Source: Chiloscyllium plagiosum
Taxonomy: Eukaryota
DNA length: 64,000 nt
Direction: 5' to 3'
Assembly: GCF_004010195.1 (NCBI RefSeq)
Contig: NC_057718.1
Location: forward strand, 75,856,801-75,920,800
Part shown: in pieces, positions 10,190 through 21,680 of the stretch
Layout: each line of letters opens with the position of its first letter
How positions within the stretch are numbered: position 1 is the first letter of the stretch
Position numbers and translations under genes: made by a program
Notes under the pieces: generated by a model
What the model was told of the DNA's origin: nothing
Seen by the model: only the letters and a program-made list of their open reading frames with translations
Database searches by the model: none

Positions 10190-13100
10190 TGTCAGCTCTG
10201 CTGAGACCAAAGGCAGTAAGCTTAAAAACAGGATGTGCAAGCAGGGGTGAACCAAAATGGATGACCGTATTCTTACTTTGAACTTACAGATTTAAAATTT
10301 TGAGTCCTGAAGGTTGCAACTGCGGAAAATGTGGTGCTGTTCTTCAAACGTATAATCAACTTTGCTGGTACAGATGGGTTTGCCTACTGAGTCAGCATTG
10401 GTGGAAGTCAGTAACAGGGAAGGAGCGGTCACTTTATTGGGTGTTTTCTATAGACCCCTCCAATAGCAGCAGAGAGATGGAAGAACAGATTGGACAGCAG
10501 ATCTTGGAAAGGTGCAGGCAGAGAATGAAAACGATAGCATGGGAGAAAGACGGTGTATTGAAAAGGCAAGCAAGTGGAAGGTCAGGGTCTTTCTTACAGA
10601 GTAGAGTAGAGGTTTACTACAAAATGGTCATTTAGTCTGTATTGGATACTGTCAATACAAAAGAGGCTGCATTGTGAGCAACAAACGTAGTGGACTAGAT
10701 TGAAAGTAGAAGTAAATCGCTGCTTCAATGTGTTTGGAGCATTGGATAGTAAGAAGGGTGGGGGTCAAAGGTCTACTATTTCACTCTCTGCAATCCCTTG
10801 AGAAGATCCCAATTTGGAGGTAGAGTAGGTGGCCTGCAGTGTTAGGAGTGATGGTGATGGGAGGAGTGGATGAGGATGTCAGGGAGGGAACTTCCTTGTG
10901 GAAAGCTGACCATAGAGGACAGGGATGAGTTTGGTGGTGGCAATCTGTGAGAAATGGTCGCAGTGTCGGGAAATGATTCTATGAATGTGGGCGCTGGTGT
11001 GGAAAGTAAGGGCAAGGTGAAACCTGTTCTTGTTCTTGGAGGGAGGGTCAAGGGTGAGGGCAGAAATAGAGGACATGGATCAGACACAGCTGAGAACCAT
11101 GTCAACACTGCTGGGGAGGAGGACTCCTTAGTTGAGGAAGAACTACAATGTTGTGGCTGTAACGGAGTCATGGATTTCACAGGGGCAGGAATGATTGCTG
11201 GATGTTCCAAGGTTCAGATCTTTTAAAAAGAACAGGGAGGTGGGTAAAAGAGGAGGGGGGGGTAGCACTGTTAATTAGAGTGCGCATCATAGCTGCAGAA
11301 AAGGGGGTTGTTGAGTTGGGTTTGCCTACTGAGTCAGTATTAGTGGAAGTCAGTAACAGGGAAGGAGCAGTCACTTTATTGGACATTTTCTATAGACCCC
11401 TCCAATAGCAGCAGAGAGATGGAAGAACAGATTGGACAGCAGATCTTGGAAAGGTGCAGATGTAACAGAGTTGTTGTTATGGGTGACTTCAACTTCCCCA
11501 ATATCGATTGGAACCTCCTTAGTGCAGATGGTCTGGATGGAGCTAGGGGGAGACCATATTGGATTTGGTGTTAGGCAACAAGCCAGGCCAGGTATCAGAT
11601 CTCTTGGTGGGAGAGCATTTCAGCGACAGTGACCACAACTACCTCACCTTTACCATAGGCATGGAGAGGGATAGGAACAGACAGTGTGGGAAGGCATTTA
11701 ATTGGGGAGGGGAAATTATACTGCTATTAGGTGGGAGTTGTGGAGTATAAGTTGGCAACAATTGTTCTATGGGAAAGGCAGAGAAATGTCGAGACTGTTT
11801 AAGGAGCACATGTTGCAAGTGTTGGATAATGTTTTCTCACTGAGACAGGCAAGGAATAGTCAGGTGAAGGAGCTTTGGATGACAAGAGAAGTGGAGCTTC
11901 CCATCAAGAGGAAGAAGGAGCTTACTGAAGGTTCAAACAGCAAGGATCTGGCACATCCTTAGAGGATTGTAGGCTAGGAAAACAACTCAGAGATAGACTG
12001 AGGAGAGCTCAGAGGGTGCATGAAAGAGCCTTGGAGGGAAGGATTAGGGAAAACCCAAAGGCGTTCTATACTTACATGAGGAATAAGACACTGATCAGAG
12101 AGAGGATAGGGCTGATAAGGGATAACAGAGGACCTTGTGCCTGGAGTCTGAAGAGGTCGGGGAAGCCTAAATGAGCTTTTTGTTTCAGTATTCACGAGCA
12201 AGAAGGACCTTGCTGATAGTGAGAACACCATGGACCAGGTTGATACGCTTGAACAGATTGATATTAACAAAGTGGATGTGCTGGAAATTCTGGAAAGCAC
12301 CAAGTTGTTAAGTCCCCAGAGCCAAACAAGATATCTTCAAGGTTGCTATGGGAAGCGAGGAATGAGATTACTGCATCTCTGGTGATGATCTTTGCATCCC
12401 CACTCTCCATGGAAGTAGTACTGGATGTTTGGAGGGAGGCAAATGTTTTCTTTGGTTCAAAGAAGGGAACAGAGAAATCCCTGGGAATCATGGACGTATC
12501 AGTATTATGGCTGTGGTAAGCAAGGTACTGGAAAGGATTCTGAGTGTTAGGATTTATAACTATTTGGAAAAACATAGTTTGATTAAAGGTAGTCATCATG
12601 GCTTTATGAGGGGCAGGTCATACCTCACAAGCCTTATTGAGTTCTTTTACGATGTGATGAGACAAGCTGATGAAGGTCGAGCAGTGGATCTAGTGTATAT
12701 GGATTTCAGTAAGGCATTTGATAAGGTTCTCTGTGGTAGACTCATTCAGAAAGTTAGAAGATATGGGATACAGGGAAATTTGGCTGTCTGGATACAGAAT
12801 TGGCTGGCCAAAAGAAGACAGGTGAGTAGTAGTGGACGGAAAGTATTCCGCCTGGACGTTGGTGACCAGTGGCGTCCTGCAAGGACTAAGGCCTCTTAGG
12901 CCTCTGCTCTTTGCAGTTTTTATAAATGACTTGGATGTAGAAGTGGAAAGGTGGGTTAGATAGTTTGACACAAAGGTTGGTGGAGTTGCTAGATAGTGTT
13001 GAGGGCTGTTGCAGGCTATAACAAGACATTGTCAGGATACAGAGCTTGGTTGAGAAGTGGCAAACGGAGTTCAACCTGGATAAATGCGAAGTGATTCCTT

Positions 13101-14095
13101 TTGGAACATTGTATTTGAATGTTGAATACAGAGTTAAAGGCAGGATTCTTGACAGTGTGGAGGAGCAACGGAATCTTGGGGTCCATGTACATAGATGCCT
13201 CGAAGTTGCCATCCAAGTTGATAGGATTGTTTAGAAGGCATGTGGTGTTTTGACTTTCATTAATAGGGGGGATTGAGTTTAAGAGTCACAAGGTTTTGCT
13301 GCAGCTCTATAAAACGCTGGTTAGACTACACTTGGAACATCGTATCGGATTCTGGTTGCCTCATTATAAGAAGGATGTAGATGCTTTAGAGAGGATGCAG
13401 AGGATATTTACCAGGATGCTGCCAGTATTGTAGGGCATGTTGTCTTATGAAGAGAGGTTGAGCGAGCTCGAGCTTTTCACACTGGAGAGAAAAAGGATGA
13501 GAGATGACTTGATAGAGATGTACAAGGTAATCAGAGGCATAGATAGAGTAGATAACTGAAGATGTTTCCTGAGGGTAGAAATGGCTGTCACAAGGGATCA
13601 TAATTTTAAAGGTGGCTAGAGGAAGGTATAGAGGAGATGTCAGAGTGGTAGGTGCGTGGAATGCACTGCCAGTGGTGGTCGCTGAGTCAGAGACATTACG
13701 GACATTTAAGCAACTGCTGGACAAGCACATGGAATGCAGTAAATTGAGGGGTGTGTAGGTTAGGTTGATCTCAGATTAACGTAAATGCTCAGCACAACAT
13801 TGTGGGCCGAAGGGTCTGTGCTGAGCTGTACTTTTCTGTTCTCTAATGGAGAATGCATTGGAGGCATTCCTGTGGAAGGTCGAAAGATCAGAATAAATGC
13901 AATGGAGGCAGAGAAATTGGGAGAATGAAACAGAGCCTTTGTAGGAGTAAGGGTGGGAGGAAATGTAGTCAAGCTAACAATGGTAGTCAGTGAGCTTGTA
14001 GTGGATATTGGTGGTGAACAGACTATCCTCCAAATATAGAAACAGTGAAATCAAGTAAAGAGTCAAAGATGGAGGTGAAAGTGAGAGAAGGAAGG
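10190..14095 (-). mobile_element. Decayed Penelope-like retroelement body, interrupted by CR1 sequences (10375-10517 and ~11165-13845)
   Basis: ORF 10879..11076 KNRFHLALTFHTSAHIHRIISRH...TTKLI resembles the PLE RT-to-GIY-YIG linker. 13850-14095 resembles the RT thumb of the copy at 45700-46030. Confidence 0.7.
11165..13845 (+). mobile_element. 5'-truncated CR1 LINE (endonuclease to 3' end), multiple frameshifts
   Basis: GGGVALLI, DLVLGN..SDHN, RSYLTSLIEFF..DFSKAFDKV, EKWQTEFNLDKCEV motifs; tail gggccgaagggtctgtgctgagctgtacttttctgttc. Confidence 0.93.
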
Positions 14096-16342
14096 AGACA
14101 CACCACTGTGTTTGCAGAACAGCATTTGATAGATTAGAAGTACAAGTTTGGAAATACTAATAGCTCTAGTTCTGGTACGTGAACATAGATATGTCCATTG
14201 GTTGTGCATTCTGCCAAAGGAGACAAATTCTGCTCCCCCAAACAAATCACAATTACATTGCTATCTGCCTTTATGAATCCACTCTAATTCAAATGAAATC
14301 TCTTTCTTTCAGTTCCCCACCCAGTGCCAGAACATCTCCAATCAGAGACCAAAGATTCCACATTCAGCTGTCAGAGATATAATAATATATTAAGATGTAA
14401 ATCGAAAATCACCTTAAAAAGGAATGAACATAAGATGAAAAAGATCAAAACAGCTCCCAATCTACCTGAAATGGTGAAACATTAAGAAATGAAACTAAGC
14501 TCCAAAGATTCTCACAGGTGAAGAAAACTAACCTCAGTCTCTCCAATACAGTGAAAGGGAGTTCCAAATAAGTGCAATGAGTCATCTCCTAAACAGCAGG
14601 AGTTCAGGAACACCAGTGAGTTGAATGGTCAGTTATTCTTCTTTGGTGGTTTGAGGGACAAGTATTGGCAGGGACATCAGGTACTCCCTGCCCTAACTGG
14701 CTCTTTGAGTCTCATAAAAGCTACATGAACCATTAGGAACACTAATTCTGTGTCATGTCCTTTCATCAGCTGTAATACTTCCAGCAAACAGGACTTTCCA
14801 TTTTGATGGTAGGCTGAGCTCTGCTTTTCAATTCACTAAACAAATGAATAACAGTAAGCTGAAGCTTTTATCAAGTTTCAAAATGAATTTAACCAGAACT
14901 ACTTACTGTAAAGAGTCTCTCTGCAAACATCACCATGACACACTAACCTTACTTTGCTAAGGGATTCGTTGCTTTGTCCTCAAAGTTTGGAATTAAAGAT
15001 CCAACTACTTGAACAATCCATGGTAATTAAATGTCTTTCCCATACCATGCAGCTGAGATGCACTGGTATTTTGTGTAGTGCATTTCTCAAGAATGAGACG
15101 GCTGGTACATTTTCACACAGCATTTACACTGGAACAATAACTGGTTCCAATATTTGAAATGCACTCATTGCGAAGAGATTGGCAACAGTATGCACATTCT
15201 GCACATGTGCCAGGTGTTCCCAGAATTGTTGAATGTGGATGCTAGGTCAACTTTGAAAGCTACAGTGCCTTGAAGCAATATTCAGGAGCAAAACCTGTAT
15301 CTTTACAGCTCTCATTGCTTCATCATAGAGTCAGAGATAGTCCAAGGGAAAAAAAATCCACCATAACCAAAGTGAGTTGAGTGCTTGATTAATCATTAAT
15401 AAAATTCTTACTCTTTAAGGGAAGTTAAATCTCAATGAAATATTCTACTAAAAAATCTAAAGTCCCATCTGGAAAGGGAATCAGGTACATATTTGAAAAT
15501 AAAAAAGAATGCTGGGGTAAATGAGTGGGAAGTGGGATTAACTTTATAGCTTTTCCAAAGAGTGACTACATGCACAATGGTAATGTGCAGTAATAATTTA
15601 TTAAAGCATTGATCAAACAGCAGAGGCTTGTGACTCATTCTGGTTCAGTACTACAAATGCAGTAACGTCAAAAAACAGACCAGTGATTGCAATGAGAAAG
15701 ATCAGATCAAGTAACATTTGTATCCATCAAGAAAAACATACAAGCATAGTTGGCTGTAGAAAAATTATGCTGAGAAAGATACATTTTTAACCTCAAATTC
15801 CCTAATAAAATTTGTTGCAATGGATCTTACAAATTTGTATTCTGTTGTCATAAACTGCAAACCAATTTTCTTATCATGGAGAAAGAGGATTGCTCAACAG
15901 TCTGTCTCATCAGCATGAGCTCAAGCTCCTGTACAAGAAGTTGTTGATACTGTGCACAGTGTTATATTAATTGGAAATCTTTTTGTTACCATTTTCATTA
16001 AAGCAGCTAGAGCTTTGCAAATTGGTTTTGGGGAGAACAAAATCTTCAAAAATTAATCCAGCATCCATTTAACCCAACTCCTAAGAGAGGCAGTGCATCA
16101 TATTATTCTTTGTAACAGTGAACAGTGAACAACAATATAAAGCTGTACAATTAATTAACTGATAGTGCAGATGCAACTTTACTATCTGCCAAGAGCCCCA
16201 GCCCAAGTAATATGTTTATTCCAATTATAGGCAGTGGCCTTATCAAAATTTGCTATGAAAATGTGCATAAACCTAGAGTATGTGATTTTACATGAGCTGT
16301 TGGTATCTCAATGCATGTTTTAAGCAACAAGATATTACCTAC

Positions 16343-16381
16343 CTAGCCAGATAATCTGACATTTCTTTGGCCATTTCTTCC
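16343..16381 (-). CDS. MYO6: Myosin VI exon 14/17 (39 nt), third large-insert cassette exon (alpha2-linker): (M)EEMAKEMSDYLA(R)
   Basis: Acceptor tttttttatgttacag, donor gtaggt. Similar to recalled human EQMAKEMSEFLSR. Phase 2-2. Confidence 0.94.
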   Translation of the reverse strand, partial: GRNGQRNVRLSG

Positions 16382-18509
16382 CTGTAACATAAAAAAAGCA
16401 TGTTTATAAGTAATTGATAGAGGATTCAGAATCATCACATTTCTGGGAAAGTATTTAAGATGATTTGACATTAACAGCAGATAGGAGAATGTTAATAATT
16501 AGATATGTATGAAGGCAAACGATGATAAGTCACTCATACAGATGGCCCAGACAACTCCTGTACACACATGCTGAGAATTGAGAGAGAAGAGACAATATGT
16601 TTGCAAAACCCATGATGTTTGTAAGCAGCAGGAAAGCTGGCAGTACAGTTCTTATTATTTTTACACCATTTTAACAAAGTGAGGCAGTGGTATAACAGAT
16701 TATGCATCCTTCTGTAGAGCAGCTGGCTTCTGTACACATGACACACAAGCACCCTTTGATGTTTAAATCAGTGTCACCCTCTTTCACATATTATGGACTG
16801 TCCTGAGTTTGATTTCTAAAACCTCTAATTATAAACCTGGAAGGAATGCAAAGCTATGATGAAGGACAAGAGTTCATTTGAACAAAATTAAGATTTTCTG
16901 AAAAACATGTTTCAATTAAACAAATCAGTGACTCTCTGGTTACCTCCATAATATAGAGAGTTAGGGATAGCCTTACAAATAGAACAAAAGTTACATTTCT
17001 CCATAGCTGCATTTTTTCAAACGAATATGAATCATTTGATACTCCATTGGAATTCTAATCCTCAGACTGCAAATTAATTCACAGCAATCCTTCCAGATTC
17101 AGATGTGAGTGAATGAGTTACAGATGCAAACAAACAATCAAGAATTTACAAAATAGAATTCCAGCTATTTGGAAAACACCTTTTCAAATTTCCACCCAAT
17201 GAAAACCCCTGATGAAATATCCAAACTGGAAGTTTCAAGACAAAGGAAACAAAGATGGACGATAAGCTAAGTGTATCTTAGAGAAATGTTTAGTTAATAT
17301 AAAATACATTAAATAGAAATAAAAAGAGAGATTAAAAAATTAGTATTAAAAAAGTCAGAATTAAGGCAACATGGTAAGGTAATCTGAAGGATTCAAATGA
17401 TTTCATTTTTATTATTTATTCTGCAATATTACAAATAGCATTTCAGTCATAAATATCTCATGTATGGACTTACAGTATTTTAGGACTGCTTTTAGTTTTG
17501 CTTAAAATGAAGATTGTTAGGTGACCTGTGCAGAAGTCTAGGTTATAAAGCAGTTCAAAGTTTAAAGGAAGGCTCAGACTGTTATGCTAAGAGGGCTTGA
17601 CATGTTCACACTTGGAGACAATAGCAGCAACATCTGTGCTTACAATGGCCAAACAGCTGATCTCAAAGTCCCAAGGAGCTATTAAAAATTCCAATTTGTA
17701 AACTGTTCCACTTTAAACATTCCATTTATTTTCAACAGAGAATTGAGCAGGGGTCTCAAGAGCTAATCAGCATTTCTACTCATATACAAGGCCTATGTAA
17801 TCCTTGTTACCATGGAGACATACTTTGAGAGAGGGACAGTCGTTAGGAAATCATTGAGAGATCAGGCCACAAGGTTTTCTCAAAATATTAATGCAGCTAA
17901 TGGACAAGTTAGCTTGCCTGGATCCTGGAAGCTGTAAATCCAAACATAATTCAACTTGTTTCGATGTATTTAGACAAACTTCCATGGCAATCGCACAACC
18001 TGAGGTCGGACTTAAACCCACACCTTCTGGCCCAGAGGTGTGTACACTGCCACTGTACCATAAGTCACATAATTCAATGCCCAGTTTTAAAGTCATGCAA
18101 TCTCTGCTTATTTTGGTATCTATTTATAAACTCTTATGTTGAAATTTACAACAAAAGCACCTCTCGAAACCTATCTTCAATTACCTTCCTGCCACTTTAA
18201 TGTGCCATGTACATTTTAGGTTGTCATGTGTATATGGCAGTTTTCATTATAAATGTGTATATAGAAATTTCTAGGATAGAAATTGAGACCTGCCAGGTTT
18301 CTATTAGGTTACAGCAGGAAAGGCACAGCTTTACACAAATTAATTTGAATTTTATTCAAATGAAAGGTTTGAACCTGAAGCCAAGTTTCTGTTTCCACTG
18401 ATGTGCCAGAACTGCTGAGTATGTTCCTCATGCCCCGTTTTTAGCTTCTCACTATCTGTAATATATCTTCCTTCTTTTTTAATTTTACTCAGTGTTGGGG
18501 GGGAATGGA

Positions 18510-18700
18510 GTTAATGTAAGTTGGCTCAGTTGACTAAATGGCTAGCTTGTGATGCAAAGTTATGCCTACAGCATAGGATCAATTACTACACTGGCCGAGG
18601 ATGTGATGAGTGACCCTCAAGTAAACGTATCACCAGTTAGCTCTCTATTTAGTGAGAGCACGCAATCCTATGGTCTATTAAGATTATACAACTTTATCTT
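18510..18700 (+). mobile_element. Old tRNA-derived SINE (related copy at ~56550-56770)
   Basis: A-box-like ttggctcagttg head. Body shared with 56550-56770 (tgaccctcaagt...caccagtt.gctctct...atggtc). Confidence 0.55.
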
Positions 18701-19441
18701 TACCCTTAGACTGGGCTGGACAAAGGAATGCAAATCACCTTCTTTGTCAAATCATGCTTTTCTGAAAAAACTGCCTAGAAGGTATTGCTGATGTATCCAT
18801 AAAACTGGAAGCATGTGTGACAATTTTAAAATTTGGACCACTGGTGGGGGCAAAATCCATGACAAAACTTTATGAATCAAACAGTTTTGTCTGTCTCATC
18901 AGTGGAAAACTTTCTATGGCAGATGCATTAACATCAAGCAGACCAAAGGTTAGTTATAGGAAGGTGATAACTAGTAAATGTTCATTCATTAAATCACAAT
19001 ATATACTGTAGCCCAACATTAATCAGAGTACTATCTAATACACCAGCATGAGACTTCTCCATCTCTCACACCAGCAGTCTTCCATTCATGCAGTCTAAAT
19101 TTAGTGCTACTTTGCCCAACGTCTAATATTTAACAACACTCGCTAGGAACTGGTAGCAATTAGGTAAGAAGAAAAATAATCCAATCTGATTTGGAGATTC
19201 AGTAGTTATAAACCATCATCATTCCCACTGATACAGCAAGGAAACAGACAAGCAACAATCAATGAAAAAGTGATGAACAGGAACAATCAGGTTCAGAATA
19301 ATTAAGTATAGTTTTAGCTGTTTTGTTGAAAGTCAAAAGAGAGCAGACCAATGTACCATCACCATAATCATAGTCAACAAATCTCCATCACCAATGCCCA
19401 AAATTGCAAATAAAACAAGAATAATAACTGAAAACTCATAC

Positions 19442-19471
19442 ATTGTCATTTTGGATTGTGGTCCATCAGAT
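19442..19471 (-). CDS. MYO6: Myosin VI exon 13/17 (30 nt), second large-insert cassette exon: (K)SDGPQSKMT(M)
   Basis: Acceptor ttctatttccag, donor gtatga. Similar to recalled human NDGTRPKMT. Phase 2-2. Confidence 0.9.
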
Positions 19472-19772
19472 CTGGAAATAGAACACACTTTAGTTAGACT
19501 CTGCTAGGCACATAAACTTCACACCTTCCAACTAGCACACAGCTTGCAGGTAACTCTGTACATGCATTTTATTGATGTTCTATTAGTTTTACTTTTTTCA
19601 GACTAAAATTAATTTCCAAATTCATGCAAAAATTCTGATTAAAAATCTGAATAAAATCATCTTGATTTATTAATTGTGAAATTCTTTGAATCTGTATGGA
19701 GGAATTCTAGAATTAATATACAGCGTGATTTACTAAATGTGCAAAATAGAAATACAGGTTACATATCCATAC

Positions 19773-19814
19773 TTAGCAGCAACTGCAACTGGACGGATTT
19801 GTTTAACTTCAACA
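19773..19814 (-). CDS. MYO6: Myosin VI exon 12/17 (42 nt), probable first large-insert cassette exon: (S)VEVKQIRPVAVAA(K)
   Basis: Strong acceptor tcttttctttcacag, donor gtatgg, open frame, symmetric phase 2-2. Position matches the first large-insert exon but the peptide is divergent, so the call rests on splice signals and position. Confidence 0.75.
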
Positions 19815-19919
19815 CTGTGAAAGAAAAGACATTTATTATTACACTTGCAGCACAAACAGGGAGATGAATCAGGGGACAAAAATAATGGAAGGGATTTTAA
19901 AATACTTTTAAACCCCTAC

Positions 19920-20080
19920 CTCTTAATTCCTGTGTCCATTGGTGATTCATCATAAATGAGCTCAGACTCACTTCTTGCAATCCTCATGGCGAGTTCCCGG
20001 TCACGCCGCTCTTGTTCAAGCAGGGCCTGCTTACGAGCTTCTTCCTCACGCTCTGTAGCAAGCTGAGCCTCCAAGGCAGC
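19920..20080 (-). CDS. MYO6: Myosin VI exon 11/17 (161 nt): [53 protein letters not shown], includes MIU ubiquitin-binding motif
   Basis: Acceptor ...gctttgcag, donor gtaggg. [15 protein letters not shown] conserved. Phase 0-2. Confidence 0.96.
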
Positions 20081-20594
20081 CTGCAAAGCACAAAGGTATT
20101 AATCAGGCCACTTAAATTAAAACACCTAGCTGGGTAGACCTTGATAGTGGTGAAGTTATTCATTGTCATTACTGACAAGAATGTTAAAGCAAAAATGGAA
20201 ATTATCTACTGAACATGCAGTTTGAAGCTTTTAAAATGACAAAGATAGGTCCACCAGCATCCATTAAAGTCTAACAAAATCATTTCACTTATTTCAAACC
20301 AACAATTGACTAAATCCAGATGTCAAGTTGTTCCTATAACATTAGCATTATGGATATGAGGAAGTAGATAGATTTTTGAATATCTAGCAAAACCCAAGGC
20401 CACATCAATGAAGTGGTAGGGGATGAAAATCTTTCTGGCAATAATTGAAGTGGAAGGAAGGAAGTGAATTGAGAAAATCAATATCAACACAGGTGTCATG
20501 GGAATAAAGCCAAAGGCTTAGTAGTTATTAGGATGGGAAGTGCTGCCGGTGAGTGAGTGAAAGATAGCTTTTCTCTTGGCTTATACAGAATGCA

Positions 20595-20812
20595 GCTTAA
20601 AAATGTATTGCTGGAAAAACGCAGCAGGTCAGGCAGCATCAAAGGAGAAGGAGAATCGATGTTTCGGGCATAAGCCCTTCTTCAGGAATCCTGAAGAAGG
20701 GCTTATGCCCGAAATGTCGATTCTCCTTCTCCTTTGATGCTGCCTGACCTGCTGTGCTTTTCCAGCAACACATTTTTAAACTCTGATCCCCAGCATCTGC
20801 AGTCCTCTCTCT
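20595..20812 (+). mobile_element. Fold-back Penelope-like terminal element (family A) with 14-bp TSD and back-to-back hammerhead cores
   Basis: About 90-bp inverted arms centred on 20688. TSD ttatacagaatgca at 20581-20594 and 20813-20826. Confidence 0.85.
20685..20724 (+). ncRNA. Minimal type I hammerhead ribozyme-like motif
   Basis: GGAAUC-CUGAAGA-A-GGGC(uuau)GCCC-GAAA-U-GUC-GAUUCU: helix I, conserved core, helix II and a loopless helix III needing a dimer. Activity untested. Confidence 0.6.
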
Positions 20813-21139
20813 TTATACAGAATGCACCATAAGAACAATTCTTCTGAGGTTTAAATCAAAATGAAAGGAAAATAACCTTACCTAAAATTCAGGAAAATCC
20901 ATTTAGTTCCAAGGGAGAACTTCTGCATTATTGATTGTTTCGAGATTATCAGAGCAGAAATTTGGTCTGATTAAACATTGAATAGAGTGAAGCCATAGGT
21001 TTTTTTTGTCCCAGTTCCAGATTCAACTTTCTTGTTGTCAAGGACATGTCTCTCAGGCAACAGTCTAAGAGAATGGTGCCATATTTTATCCCAAAAGAAG
21101 TTTCATGCCTTATGTCTGTTCAATTACTAAGATAGTGTT

Positions 21140-21680
21140 TTACCACCTCCAAACTCTGCCTAACTTTGCCCATGTCTCTTGCTCATCTGCTGCTCAAACC
21201 CACATTCACACCTGTTACTTATAATCAAGACTATTTCAAGGACCTCCTCAATGGCATGCCACATTCTACTTTTCATCAACCTGAGGGGATCCAAAAATCT
21301 GCAGCCCACGTCCTTACTCACACCAAATCCTGTTCCTCTATCAGCTCGATGGTCACTGACCTACTTTGGCCTATGGTCAAATATTAAATCAGTTTTAAAA
21401 TTCACGTCTTGTTTCAAATCCCTCCAAGGCCTTCCTTCTCTTTTTCTCTACAGTCTCCTCCAGCCCTTAAACGCTCCAATATCTGAACTGCACAAATTCC
21501 GGTTTCTCAAGCATCCTGGATTTCAATTGCTCTGCCATTTCAGCTGCTTAGGCCATAAAGCTTTAGAATTTTCTATCTGAACTTCTATCTCCTTAAGTGG
21601 AATTTTGACTCATCATGCTCTTGTGAAATGTTTTGGGATGTTTTGTCATGTTCAAATAGCTACACCAGTTGTTTCTGTAG
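21140..21680 (+). mobile_element. L2-type LINE 3' fragment
   Basis: ORFs 21166..21387 and 21179..21580: QDYFKDLLNGMPHSTFHQPEGIQKSAAHVLTHTK...DLLWPMVK and FKSLQGLP, typical of the L2 RT C-terminus. Confidence 0.75.

Noticed and set aside
20595..20812. Fold-back elements as DNA-transposon MITEs or miRNA precursors
   Set aside because: Asymmetric 3' tail, variable 10-15 bp TSDs and hammerhead cores fit Penelope-like termini better; no small-RNA evidence is available.
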